Source: the human T2T-CHM13v2.0 reference genome, Homo sapiens
NCBI GenBank assembly: GCA_009914755.4
Contig: CP086569.2
Span: 7,904,001-7,968,000, forward strand
Direction of reading: 5' to 3'
Length of the DNA stretch: 64,000 nt
Part shown: piece by piece, positions 1-11,721 of the stretch
How positions within the stretch are numbered: position 1 is the first letter of the stretch
Layout: each line of letters begins with the position of its first letter
The notes under the pieces: generated by a model
Seen by the model: only the letters and a program-made list of their open reading frames with translations
What the model was told of the DNA's origin: nothing
The model's database searches: none
Made by a program: the position numbers and the translations under genes

Positions 1-1705
1 TATCATAAATCATAAATGTGCAATATCATAAATGCTACACATTAAAAATTAACATGATTTATGTAACTAAAAGCTGCAATCTAATGTGATAATTTTCAGT
101 AAGATGACAGCAGTAATTATGCTGAAAAATAGTCGTTCCTGTAGTTTGAGCCATTTCCACCTGGGGATTTCTCAGTCATAGACCAGATCTGGGCAACAGT
201 GATTAACGTAATTGTTATTAATTAGAGATTTTGATACATCTAGTTGTGTTTAGATGTCAGTGCCTTGAAGAGAAGGGTTTGGCATATTAACCAGAAAGGG
301 TGCATTGGACGAGATATTAAGAAACATATAGAATTGTTTTTCTTGTCCTCTATAACACAAAAGTTCAGTTAGAGACATAGAAACAATGAAACATTTCACA
401 GCATGGCCTGTCATTTCACTGCACTTTTATTGTTTTAACCTTGTACAAAGTTCACTAAATATGCAAAGATAGGACTGTTATAGGACAAAAGTGGTGGAGT
501 CAGAGGTCACAATCCACAGCAAGTTTATAGTCTCTGGTGGATGACACCCTGAGCTCTGAATTAGAGTGAGAATCAACTTTCAGGCTGCCAACAGGGGACA
601 AGGAGAATGAAGCTATCAGCAGTTAACATATTGGATTAATTGAAATAAATGTTGACAGAGATTTTGTTGGCTTTACATCAAATTGAGTATAGTACTTCAA
701 ATTGACTATTTGATAAGGTTAAACTTTTATCAAATTTCCCACATGTACAATTGAGGATTGATTAAAAGATTGCACAACCCATACATTGTGGGCATCTCAT
801 TTAAATTTATATACACATATGCAACTTGCAGTGTGCAAATATGTGTCTATATCTAAATATATCTAAATCCATTGATGAACAGTTAGAAATTTAGAAATTA
901 TTCTCCTATTTTACCATTCCTTTTCCTAGAATTTTATCACAAATATAATTTTTCCATCTCTTTGAAGCCTACTCTTTGGAGGCACGTAATGTGTGGCTAC
1001 AGTAAAGCTGTGAGATATCACAGTGTTTGTATCAGAGAAAACAATAACACTGGTGTTATAAAACCAGTGTTATTTCTCCTTTGTGAGGAGAAAGTTATAC
1101 ATCACATGACTACAAGTACAGAAGTATTATTTCATTGAAAGCTGAAACCAGTCAATACAATTAGTTTTTAATGTTTTATTTAAAATAATTTCAAAAGGAT
1201 TACTTGAGTAGAATGATGATATTGGCACTAAATAACGTTTAAAATTTTTCTTTAATTTTTTGATTATTTAAGATGTAAGTAAAATACTAAAAAGTACTGT
1301 AAAATGTAGTTTCATGATGCATTCTTTATGGTTTTTGTAAAATTAACAGCCTCAATGGAATTTTTTGACACAGAGATTTCATATATCATTTTATCATTAT
1401 GCTTTCACTTTATTACTTGCTTCTATGTCATAACTGACAGAAATAAAAAATATTTTTATTTACACTGTACAAAGCTTGCATTTTTGTTTATGGTTTCTTG
1501 TAAGAGAAAGTCACCAATAATGTTATCTATATAGAAAAATTTTGACAAGCCCCAAATTCTTATCTTTCTTTCCTTTTGAAGTTTCATATTTCAGTCTAAG
1601 TATGAGATGGAATTGACTGTGGAATCAAATTCTTTGATTTCACTGTAACTACTGAGTTTGTAATATAGTGTTACAAATGTATAGACTTTAAAGCTTGCCT
1701 TCTTT

Positions 1706-1760
1706 TTCTCATCCTTCTCCTCCTCCTCCTCCTTCTCTTCCTCCTCCTCCTCTTCCCTTT
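1706..1760. repeat. (CCT/CTC)n pyrimidine-rich simple repeat
   Basis: Visible run ctcatccttctcctcctcctcctccttctcttcctcctcctcctcttccc. It produces the artefactual proline-rich +ORF 1695..1877 and the E/K-rich -ORF 1591..1890. Confidence 0.85.
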
Positions 1761-2977
1761 GGACTTGTACATGTGATATCTGCAGTAATGTGCACCATTT
1801 CTGAAATAAGGTTGATGAAAGATACAAGCATAAATGAAATGCTTTATTTCTGTGAACCTTTAGGAACAGACAAGTAAAACTGAAAGACATTTATGATATG
1901 AATGTAGGTCCACAGTTTCTCACAGAAGTATAAGGGTGAAAATAAATTTTAAAATACATGCCTCATCCAAGACATGAGGTAGAAAAATGAAAAAAAAGAA
2001 TTTGACATAAAGAACAGTTTAAAAGTTATGATTATTTCTGGTGAGAGAAAGTAGCACTAAAAATCCTATTTTCCCTGTTTTAATTTATGAAACAATTACT
2101 GCATCTTAATGGCCATTTCAAACAGTGGGTGTGTCATCTTAGAATTTCTCTGAGACTCTTTTGTGAGAAATATAGTCTAATTTAGCTCTATAAACAATTG
2201 AATTAATCAATGAAATTATTATGACTGTAGTCTCACAATTTCATTATCCTTCCCTTTTTGGTTTTTACCTATTCTCTTTAAAATTCAAAAGCCCTATAAA
2301 GCATATGATAAATAATAATGACTGAAACAGTTGAAAAATAAAAACTGAGAGCAGACATATTTCAGGGTTTCCTTTATGAGAATGCTACACTAACCATGTG
2401 ATATACACATGGTATAAGTCACCGTGAGAAAATATTTGTTTAGCACTTGACAGTTTATACAGTGACAGCAAATATTATCATTTGACCTTCAAACAGATTT
2501 TCAAACTCATGTTTCATAAATGAGGAAAATGTGACTCAGTAATACAAATCAGAGCTGTTACATTTCTTTAGGAATATGTCAGTCAATAAAGCAAAGGCAT
2601 GAATTTTCTTCTGGAGGGAAGAGGAAGGCAACATTTATTAAAATATTGAGTGTTTTCTCTCTTTTTTCTTTGTTTTCATCATTTACTAATATTTTGTTTA
2701 TCAAAATTGTTACATTTCCTGTATTTGCCTGTTACAGCAAATACAGTGTTATCACACTCATTACTCCTCATTTTTCTCTGTGCCTGTAACAACTACACAC
2801 TCAGAAGAGCAAGGACCATGTTTTTCTGTGCTTCTTGCAGACTGCCAAGGCTTATCGTGGCATTTAGAAACTATCTGCAGAATGTTTGTGACATTTTCAT
2901 GTAAGTTACATTCTAGGCCACTTGATACTAATTTACTATTCAGTATTTGGGTTTGGAGAGCTATTTTTCCTTTCAAG

Positions 2978-3307
2978 TTTTTTTTTTTTTTTTGTCTTTT
3001 TTTATTATACTTTAAGTTCTGGGGTACATGTGCAGAACGTGCAGGTTTGTTACATAGAGATACTTGTGCCATATTGGTTTGCTGCACCCATCAACTCCTC
3101 AATTATATTAGGTATTTCTCCTGATGCTAACCCTCCCTGAGTTCCACTCCCCCTGACCAGCCTTGATGTGTGATGTTCCCTGCCCTGTGTCCACGTGTTC
3201 TCATTGTTCAACTCCCACTTATGAGTGAGAATGTGCGATGTTTGGTTTTCTGTCCTTGTGATAGTTTGCTTACTTGATGGTTTCCAGCTTCTTCCATGAT
3301 CCTGCAA
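2978..3307 (-). mobile_element. L1 3' end fragment (3'UTR + ORF2 C-terminus), antisense; poly-T at 2978-2993 is its poly-A tail
   Basis: The sequence after the T-run (tactttaagttctggggtacatgtgcagaacgtgcaggtttgttacat…) is the reverse complement of the canonical L1 3' end. Minus-frame translation gives …WMKLE…SKLSQ… ORF2-end-like residues. Confidence 0.8.
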
Positions 3308-3412
3308 TCACAATGAAATACAATCTCATGCCAGTTAGAATGGTGACATTAAAAAGTCAGGAAAAAACAGATACTTGAGAGGATGCAGATAAATAGGAAT
3401 GCCTTTAAGTTT
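3308..3412 (+). mobile_element. L1 ORF2 fragment in opposite (plus) orientation abutting the antisense 3' piece (inversion, twin-priming-like)
   Basis: Plus-strand translation TMKYNLMPVRMVTLKKSGKNRYLRGCR matches L1 ORF2 '[30 protein letters not shown]'. It is followed by a T-run at 3412-3428. Confidence 0.6.
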
Positions 3413-3439
3413 GTTTTTTTTTTTTTAAGTATATTTTAA

Positions 3440-3897
3440 GGATATAATTATACGGACGTGGAGTGGACAGTGCAGGTCGTGGTCAGTGGGACCTCCAAAG
3501 GAGGCACCCAGTTCAAATTGGAGGCTCTGCAAGAGAAGGCAGCCAGGGCGTGGAGCACAGAGGCTTTCTTGGGGAAGGAGAAGGTGCTAGTGGTGGACGA
3601 CATCATGGCGGGTGGTACAGGTGGTAGTTGAGGAGAAGGCTGATATGAAGCGGCAGGTGAAGAGCCTGGTCCTTGCCCGAGCATGCCCCAGCCGGTAACA
3701 TACTCGCTGGTGGTCCTTCACTTGGCGCTGGGCTCCGTGAATGCCCCAGGCCTCATGGCCTGCCCGCGGCTGAGGTGGAATCTTTGGCAGAGGGTCCTGC
3801 CCGGCCTGGACGAGGCTATCTACCAGGGCATCTTCGATTTCTGGGCCAGAGCCATATCCTTGAAGCTGCCCATTTGGGATGACTGGCAGCAGGGGGT
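3440..3897 (+). pseudogene. TSPY-like: TSPY-like copy 1: exon-1 remnant (N-terminus missing)
   Basis: See the parent feature. It ends at a plausible donor, CAGCAGGGG|gtgggc. The L1 junction at ~3430 removes the first ~35 codons and the promoter. Confidence 0.6.
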
Positions 3898-4163
3898 GGG
3901 CCTCAGGCTTCAGAGGGCGGGGAGCAGGGGACCCAGGCCAGAGGCATACGGGGTCAGCCAGAAGGCAGGGGATGGGGGACAACGAGGGGAGCCGAGGCCA
4001 GGCTCCTGTCGATAGTAAGGCAGGTTGCTTGCGGGTGCCCTGGTAGCACGAGGTAGGGACTGGTAGCCAAGCTGCGCACTCACAAGGAAGAATAGCGGCG
4101 CCAAGGACCCTTCACGCACAGCAGAAAGTTGAAGGGCACGTTTTCCTGGGAACGTTCTTGGAG

Positions 4164-4257
4164 GAAGGGGAGTCTGCATGTCCATGCCAGCCAGTGAACC
4201 ACTCCCACTCCCCATGTCTGTGTCCAGCAGCCTCACCCCAGAAACAAGGTGCTCAAG
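4164..4257 (+). pseudogene. TSPY-like: TSPY-like copy 1: exon-2-like segment
   Basis: LEEGESACPCQP…QQPHPRNKVLK aligns to TSPY [33 protein letters not shown]. A donor CAAG|gtgggt lies at 4257/4258. It contains an in-frame stop. Confidence 0.5.
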
Positions 4258-7200
4258 GTGGGTTCCTGTTGTACTGGGCTGCTGTCCTCTGCAAAACAGG
4301 CACCAGCTCCCCAGACAGGCTTTCTTCCCTCTGCCTCGCTGCACCCAAAGAGCTGTAGGCCCTGAGCATATATAACCTCCGTTGCGCACACGCCTCCGCT
4401 GCACACACACGAGCCCCGTGGGGAGCGCCAGGCACAGCGCTGCAGTCCCTTCTACCCACAGCGCTTCCCTCAAGTGGACACGCCCACCCCTCAGGGAGAG
4501 CAGGAGAAGAGGGGACCGCACACCTGGACGCTCTCAGCAAAGACTGTCCAGCACCCAGTGCACAAGGGCCACGTGCAGCTCAGGAACTCTGAGGAAACAG
4601 CTGCCTCACACCACAGCACCCCACACCAAAATCCCCCGCCTACTTGTGCTCCCCGCTCTTTGTTGGCAGAGGCTTTCTGGGCCTCTCTCCACCCGCCCAC
4701 AAGACCACCACATCCGCGACTGTGCCCCCAACGCCGGACAGAAACAAGACCACCAGTGGAGGGTGCCATGCCAAAGATCTGGGGAGGTAGCCCTGTCCAA
4801 CACTCTCCCAGCTCTTGCAAAGTTGCAGAGGAGTCGGGAAGGCTCATGCCTGGCACGGCCACCGAGTCATCTGGAGGCTCCCTGACCAGAGGCAGATTAT
4901 GCCGCACACCCAGATGTCGGCCGGGTTCAGAAACCATGAGGAAGTCCTGCTAAGTAAGCTACATGATGGATTTGCAGGTCAGCCTGGGAGCCTGGGGGAG
5001 GGGTCGAGGTCCTGGTCAGGTTGAGGTCTTCCTAAGGCCCGGGGGTGTCTCAGAGGGAGAGCTGGGAAGGGGAAACGCATGCTTCACTCCAGCCAGCAGG
5101 CCCTCAGCACAGCTAAATGAAATGGTCACTTTGAGTCTGTCCTCTTCTTGGCCTGGCAGGTGGAGGAACTCGGCCATCCCAGGTACCGGCAGCAGGATGA
5201 TTTTCCTTTCATCACAAGCTTTGTTTCTTTAATGAAGTAATCGTTAAGGAGAATCGCATTGGCATCCTCGGTAAGGAGGGCCTCCTGGCATTATTGAGGG
5301 GGTGGAGTGTGGGAGGCTAGGCCTGGCATGAGCCTTCCGGACTCCTCTTGCTCTAGGATACAGGGCGTCTGACTCTACCGTAGTCCAGTGGTTCTAGCGT
5401 CATTCAGGAGAAGCTCCCAGCTTCAGGCAGGACACAGCCTAACAGCTTCTTCGGCTGGTTGGCTGACCGTGGCTGTGTACCTTTGTGTACCTTGGTTTTA
5501 GGGGGCCCACCCTCTTGCCCACAGGAGTGCCTCAAACTCAGCTCTTGAGCTGGCAAGCAGGTCGCCGCCGGCTTTGGTAATCCAGCTTCAGAACCCGTGA
5601 AGCCTGCGTGGTAGGGAGACGCAAAGAGTTCTCATGGTTCTCAAAAATGGCAGAGGGAAGAGAGAAAGGATGGCTGGCCAGAGCTACCTAGAGGAGATGT
5701 TATTGACCAGAAATGACACAAGGAGAGAAATAAAACCTAGCAGCTGCCTGTGTTTTCATGTGTGTTCGGTCCGGGAAGGCGGACATTCAGAGAAGATGCA
5801 ATGGAGCCTGCGTTACTTTGGGATTCGCTGTGCGGAAATCTCTGTGCACTAGAGAGTGTCCGGCCCATGAGAGAGGAGGACAGCATGTGGGTTCGGCAGG
5901 GCCTGAGTCTCCAGGGAGGCTGGCATTCTCCCCAAGACAGCGCAGGTCTGTAGGTGGAGGAGAAACCCGGGCTGCGGGGTCATCTAGATGGGACACCTAT
6001 CACTTAGCCAGGTGGGAGCTCAGGAGAGGGCCTGGTGAGCAGCGGCCTAACTGGCCGGTGACATCCCGAACCAGTGCTGCATGTGCGCACAAGAGCTTCG
6101 CCCCGAACATCCTCTCCAGGATGCCTCACCTGGGCGGGTAGGAAGCAAGGCATACAATATCCTAAGCTTATGGTCATGAGTGGTCCCAGAGGGGGGTCCC
6201 CAGGATCACTTGTCCCAGGAGAGGCAGGCATGCAGGGTCTCTTCAGGACAAGGGTAAAATGCATAAGCCCAGTTCTCCTCCCGGTGAGTGTCTTGCCCTG
6301 ATGATGTCAGCCATGGCACATACAGTTCTTCCACCTAGATTGCAGATGCACAGGCTTAAGACTTCGCCCCCGCCTTTTCCAGGACGGGCCCCTGGAGTCT
6401 GGAACAACCGGTGCCCCACGAGTGTTCCTTCCCAGACTCTAAGCTCACAGGAGGCTCAGTGAGGACTCTCCTCCCAGTATATGGCCACCCACAGGCACTG
6501 TCAGCAACCTAGGGCCCTTCTACATTCCGGGGTCCTGCCATCTTACCCAGCAGCAGGATAATGGGAAGGGAAAGAGCTGGAACAGAGCAGAGGCCACAAG
6601 CCTCACCCTGATGCATGGCAAGAGAATTGGCGGATCCTTCCCAGCCCAGGGAGCTGCTTCACAAACACACCTGGAAGCCCAGCACAAGCTGAGGGCTTCA
6701 CTTTGCCACAGCTGGGCATGGGGGATTTCAATGTGTGCTGGAGACCTTGATCCTGGTCACCCTACCAGGTGCACCTCTCCTCCAGGTCACATTATGTGAC
6801 ACCTTCCTTAACCCAGATGGACTCCTTCTCTTCACCACACGATATTAGAACTGTTATTCCTTGTGCCCCACCCTGTTTCAAGGTGCAGAGACTGACCAGC
6901 AGACCCCTGAGTCCCTGTCCTCCTCTCCAAATAATATCCATAGAAATAGTAAAAGAGTGGCACATTAGACCCCATGACATTTTTAAGGCTTAGCTCTTTA
7001 TAAGCATTTCATCCAGATATTTATGAGTTTATCTCATTTATTTTATTGATTTATAGCTCTCATTTCAAAATCAATTTTTGCTTGAGTTATTTCAACATAT
7101 AACAAAATATTCAGAGCTATGACATATAGGTTTCAAGTTTAAAAGTCTGTATCTGCTATTATGCTGGGGAAAACCCATCCAACACTTATAAAAATAAGTA

Positions 7201-8204
7201 ATTATTAGGCATGGCCACTGTAATTGTCTAAAACACATTTTGAAATTCTTTGCAAATCCATTTGAAAATATTCTTGATGTGACTGAACACAGTGCTTGCT
7301 TCTAATGAATGGAAAACAGTGCAACCATTTTCTGGAAACTGAGCCACCTCTGGCCTAGGGTAGAAAATGCAGCTCTGACTAAGTCTCCTGCTCTCATGTG
7401 GACAAACCCCTCAGGAGCCCCCCACCAATACATGACGAAGTCTAACACCCTAATAACACTATGCAGAAAGGGCATCCCATGGAGAGACTCATAGAAATAG
7501 AACAAGATGCCTAAGGATCTCAGCAGTCCAGCCCCCGATATGTGAGTTATGCTAGCCATGGCACCAGGGAGATGAGAAGACACCTGACAATGTCCTCATC
7601 CTGAGCCATCACTAGATTGCATCCTCCTGAGTGCCCCTGAACCACAGTCATTTGGCTGAGAGACTGTGGAAGATTGCAGAGACTGACAGTTAGTAAACTA
7701 CAATCATTATTTTAAGCCAGTAAGTTTGGATAATTTTGAAAAGCAGTTTAGACACCTAGAAAAACTGAGTTGTCTACTGATTTGAGTAATTGCGGAGAAC
7801 TTTAAAGGCCAATGTCATGAGTGTTATTACCCTGGAAAGGTCAAACCATCAAGGCTCTTCTAAACACAACAGATATGTAATGTCCCTTTGCTATGGCTGT
7901 AGAATAATCTAACATGAATCTGATAGAGGTTTTTGAAAGCCCCTGTTCACATCTCTTGGCTGGGTATGGGTCAACTCTGATCTGGTTTAATTCTAGTCAA
8001 CTGTAGCAACTCATCTTTCTTTTTAGGTCCTGGCCTACACTGATCTTTTGATCACTGTTTGTGTCTGTGTCTGTGTGTGTATATTTTGCGTGTTACCATA
8101 TTTTATCCGAAGGGGCTAAATAATAGTACTATAGTTGTTTTTTAAACATAAAGCATTCCAGGAAGACAATATTACTAATCAACTGAGCTTTAGAACAGAT
8201 ATGA

Positions 8205-8514
8205 GGCAGGGCACGGAGGCTCACACTTGCACTCCCAGCAGTTTGGCAGGCTGAAGTGGGTGGATCTCTTGAAATCAGGAGTTTGAGACAAGCCTGGCCA
8301 ACATAGCAAGATCCCATGTCTGATATCATACCAAAGCTAGATGGGCATGGTTGCCTATGGATGAAAACCCAGCTACTCCAGAGGCTGATGCAGGATAATC
8401 CATTGAACTCCAAGGACAGAGTTTGCAGTGAAGTAAGATTACACCACTGCTCTCCAGTCTGGGCACCAGAGCAAGACTCTGTCTCAGAAATAAAAATAAA
8501 TAAAATAATAAAAG
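8205..8514 (+). mobile_element. Alu (full length, A-rich tail aaataaaaataaataaaataataaaag)
   Basis: Begins ggcagggcacggaggctcacacttgcactcccagcagtttgg… and has the typical dimeric Alu structure. Confidence 0.85.
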
Positions 8515-8550
8515 AGATAGGAGAGATCACTGAGGAGAGAAATGCATAAA

Positions 8551-8858
8551 ACTGGGTGAACATTGTGGCTCATGCCTGAAATCCCAGCATTTTGAGAGGC
8601 TGAGGGGAGTGGATCACTTGAGGACAGGAGTTCAGGACCAGACTGAGCAAACATTGTGAAACCCTGGTCTCCACTAAAAATAATAATAAAAAATATTAGC
8701 CAAGATTGTTGTCATACGCCTGCAGTTGCAGCTACTTGGGTGGGTGTTACTGGAGAAATTCTTGAACCCAGGATGGGGAGGTTGCAGTGAGCTGAGATTA
8801 CTCCAATGCACTCCAGCCTAGGTGACAGAGCAGAATTCTGTCTAAAAAAAAAAAAAAA
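8551..8858 (+). mobile_element. Alu (full length, poly-A 8844-8858)
   Basis: …ctgggtgaacattgtggctcatgcctgaaatcccagcattttgagaggctgagg…gcactccagcctaggtgacagagcag…aaaaaaaaaaaaaaa. Confidence 0.85.
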
Positions 8859-8930
8859 GCGAAAGAGAGATAGAGAAAGGAATGAAAGAAGAAAGAAAGA
8901 ATGAAAGAAAGAAAGAATGAATGAAAGAAA

Positions 8931-8976
<46 letters not shown>

Positions 8977-9112
8977 AGAGAAGAGAGAGAAGAGAAGAGA
9001 AGAGAAGAGAAGAGAAGAGAAGAGAAGAGAAGAGAAGAGAAGGGAGAGAGGGAGGGAGGAAGCAAGGAAGGAAAGAAGGAAGGAAGGAAGGAATAAAAGC
9101 AAAAGGAAATGA
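8859..9112. repeat. Compound purine-rich microsatellite: (GAAA)n / (GAGAA)n / (GGAA,GGGA)n
   Basis: Blocks gaaagaaagaaagaaa… (8930-8975), then agagaagagaag… (8976-9040), then gggagagagggagggaggaagcaaggaaggaa…. This is the source of the poly-K/E/R +ORF 8921..9112 and the S/L/F-rich -ORFs. Confidence 0.9.
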
Positions 9113-9711
9113 ATAAAAAATAATTGACATTTTGCCCATTATCCTCATGAATTTTGACCTATGTTTAAAATAATATTTAGGTCTCTAGTGGACTAACTGA
9201 AACTTTAAAATAAGCTGGTATATATTGTCAAAATTACTCATGTAACTATGGTGTTAAGTAAGATTCTTGTAGTTTTCAGCAACCAAATCTAATTGACATT
9301 TGTCATCAAATCACATAGCATTAGGGGCAGGGTAGTTTGTGTTATGCTGCCTAATCTACACTAAATTAAAATTAAATCAAATCTGCAAAAGATTTTATAG
9401 TTACTATTACCAGTAAAGACTGTTTTGTTTCCTGACTTCTGGAGGGTTTTATTTCCACAGTTTTGATGGCTCTGGCAGAATGCCTTCCTTGTCAAAACTC
9501 ACCCCTTATCATCACAGTATACATGTGTTCAGAGATCAAGGGGAAACAGCATCCACTCCCACTGCTTTCCTGCATTGGTTCCCATTCACAAGCAAATGTG
9601 TGTGTTAGTGACTATCAAATACTCATATATTTGATCAAGGAAATTTGTGTTTCCAAACTATAAAACAAAAATATTACTATCAGTAGTATTTTTATTATTT
9701 ATTTACTTAGA

Positions 9712-9842
9712 AGCAGCGTCCTGCTGTGTCACCAGGCTGAATCATATATCACTGCAGTCTCAGACTTTTGGGCTCAGAGGATCCTCCAACATCAGCCTCC
9801 CAAAGTACTGAAATTACAGGCTTGAGCCATTTTACCCAGCCT
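9712..9842 (-). mobile_element. Partial Alu (monomer-length) in antisense
   Basis: Reverse complement reads ggctgggtaaaatggctcaagcctgtaatttcagtactttgggaggctgatgttggaggatcctctgagcccaaaagtctgagactgcagtg…. Confidence 0.7.
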
Positions 9843-10217
9843 CAAGTTTAGAGATAAAGGGTAATGAAGATACTGTAAACCATATAAATAAACATAATTG
9901 CAGGTTCTCTAGAGAGTTGTAAGAAACCTCTGAAAAACTTCCATTGTGGACAAGGCTGCTGGCAACAATGTAATGCAGGCAAAGGAGCGGGTCCTTCCCC
10001 AGTGATAATTCAGATGATATGAGAGACCAGCTTGGTATTTCTATTGCAGCATTTTGAGAGAACGTGAAACATAGGTGTGTCCTGTTGTGTGTGTGTGTGT
10101 GTAAGCATGTATACATAACCGGTTGAACAAACTAGGATCACTCACACAATGGAATATGATGCAGCTGTTTGTAGATCTGGTAGAAATTATTCTGAATCTA
10201 TCGGTTCCTGGGCCGTT

Positions 10218-10305
10218 TTTTATTTTATTTTATTTTATTTTATTTTATTTTATTTTATTTTATTTCATTTTATATTTTATTTTATTTTATTTTTATTTTA
10301 TTTTT
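10218..10305. repeat. (TTTTA)n microsatellite
   Basis: ttttattttattttattttattttattttattttatttcattttatattttattttattttatttttattttattttt. Confidence 0.9.
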
Positions 10306-10339
10306 GGCTGGTGGGTTATTTATTACTGATTCCATTTCA

Positions 10340-10860
10340 GAAATTGAAATTGGAAAGGCTAGAGCTGAGACTGGGTCCACTTAGATTCTGTTGTCGAACA
10401 GAATTACAAGGCATGCCTCTAATTTTGTCTGCAGTGGTTACTGGAAGGTCTCTGTACAGATGGGCTAGTTTTCTGCCTGCAGCAGGAGGGCATGGGGCTG
10501 AAAATCAGCTCCCTTGGCATCTGCTGTTAAACAGATCATTTAGAGCCTCATCTCTACTAAGAAAGTTGCATGTTGCCCAGAAAGTTTCTCAAAGATTATG
10601 TAGTTCCCTGACTAAAGTAGAAGGGCCAGAGCTGAAAGTGGGTCCCCCGCATAGGGGACAGAGGCTGGAGAGTCTAGATACATTTTCTGCTGGACAGAGC
10701 CTGGATAGACTACATTCATTGGCTCAGACTGGCATGTTCCCCAGCAGGGTAGTTGCTTCCCAGCAGCAGTGGCAGGAGATGGAGCTGAGACTGGAATTCT
10801 CTGTTTCTCAATAAATCATGTGCTTTAGAGATTCTAACGCCCCAGTGATTTCCATTAGGT
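10340..10860. repeat. Degenerate tandem/minisatellite-like repeat (units ~40-130 bp sharing gctga(g/a)a(c/g)tgg…ctg…acag cores)
   Basis: Recurring blocks: ggctagagctgagactgggtccacttagattctgttgtcgaacag / ggctgaaaatcagctcccttggcatctgctgttaaacag / ggccagagctgaaagtgggtcccccgcatagggga­cagaggctggagag…ctgctggacagagcctggatag / ggagctgagactggaattctctgtttctc. Confidence 0.45.
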
Positions 10861-11721
10861 ATATCCGAAGTGAACTTTCTTCCAGGGGTACCAAGCCTTA
10901 TTACATAAGCTACTTGCCCACTGGGTCCAGGTAGGTCAAGGAACTTCATCCTTAACCACTAAATTGTCTCTATTTTTCAGCCTGGGGAGGGTAGAGTACA
11001 CAGGGCTAGGATGGTCAAAAGTATGGAAGCTAGCATTAGGTGGGGTCACATGCCGCTTCTGTGGATAATCACCAAGCTGCCTCTTTGTCACAGCCTTGGA
11101 AGTTTTGCAGAGAAAACCAGGGTGGGATTTGGAAGTTGGCCAGTGATTTGAGCCTGGCAGATGCATCAACCATGGTTGGTTGCTGCAGAATGATGCTGTT
11201 GCCTAGTTTCTCTGGTGGTGCACCTCTGCTGGCTAGAATGCAAAGCCACCAGTAAGATTAGTGTTACAGTCACTGTGAGCCCCATCCCTGTAGTTTGTTT
11301 CTAACTGACCCCAGTTGTCTGACACCCCTAATGTTTCCCACAGGGTAAGACTAGAAAGAACATCATGTGAAGAATTGCAAAATGGAAAAGAAATGGCTGA
11401 TACACTTTCGACTTTCCCCTCTCTGAAGAAACTGAGTCCAGCGAAATTTTTTGTATGCAACACTGTGCTGGCTTGGGGAGGAGAAAAATCATCAAGTTAA
11501 AACTGATCTTTTATCCTATGTGTGTGGCTATTCTCAGTTCTACAGTCAAAAAAGGTGTCATAGATTCAATCTGAAGTTACAGAATCATTCACTAAGGTGT
11601 CCTTATCTAAGGATAGTTGAATTGAGTTTTTTTTGCGGAGAGGGAGGAAATTAACAGAATCACAGAATGCCTATTCTGCCACATCAGACCCTAGAAACAG
11701 ACAATTTAAAAGACTGTTACA

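Larger units (their letters stand above)
3440..5600 (+). pseudogene. TSPY-like: TSPY-like pseudogene, copy 1 (5'-truncated at the L1 junction; multiple stops/frameshifts)
   Basis: Plus-strand translations at ~3530-3900 read FKLEALQEKAARAWSTEAFLGKEKVLVVDDIMA … VVQVVVEEKADMKRQVKS … MPQPVTYSLVVLHLALGSVNAPGL … LDEAIYQGIFDFWARAISLKLPIWDDWQQG. These align with frame shifts to TSPY exon 1 ([52 protein letters not shown]… PVNAQARK… [23 protein letters not shown]). A GT donor (gggggtgggc) lies at ~3897. An exon-2-like piece reads LEEGESACP…PRNKVLK|gtgggt at ~4164-4257. The segment is paralogous to 32.0-34.1 kb within this window. Confidence 0.65.

Noticed and set aside
1591-1890. Proline-rich +ORF and poly-E -ORF.
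   Set aside because: They are generated by the (CCT)n simple repeat at 1706-1760.
3448-4540. Minus-strand ORFs (131, 203, 95 codons) plus an apparent TATA-like box (ggttatatatgctc on the minus strand at ~4366-4379) and GT/AG-flanked segments. I first read these as a minus-strand gene with a leader exon and a second exon.
   Set aside because: The minus-frame peptides have no recognisable homology. The plus-strand frames of the same DNA align clearly to TSPY exons 1-2 in both paralogous copies. The open minus-strand frames are a by-product of GC-rich sequence.
8712-9148. ORFs encoding poly-(K/E/R) on the plus strand and S/L/F-rich peptides on the minus strand (63-117 codons).
   Set aside because: They are entirely templated by the (GAAA)n/(GAGAA)n/(GGAA)n microsatellite. 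They are low-complexity artefacts.
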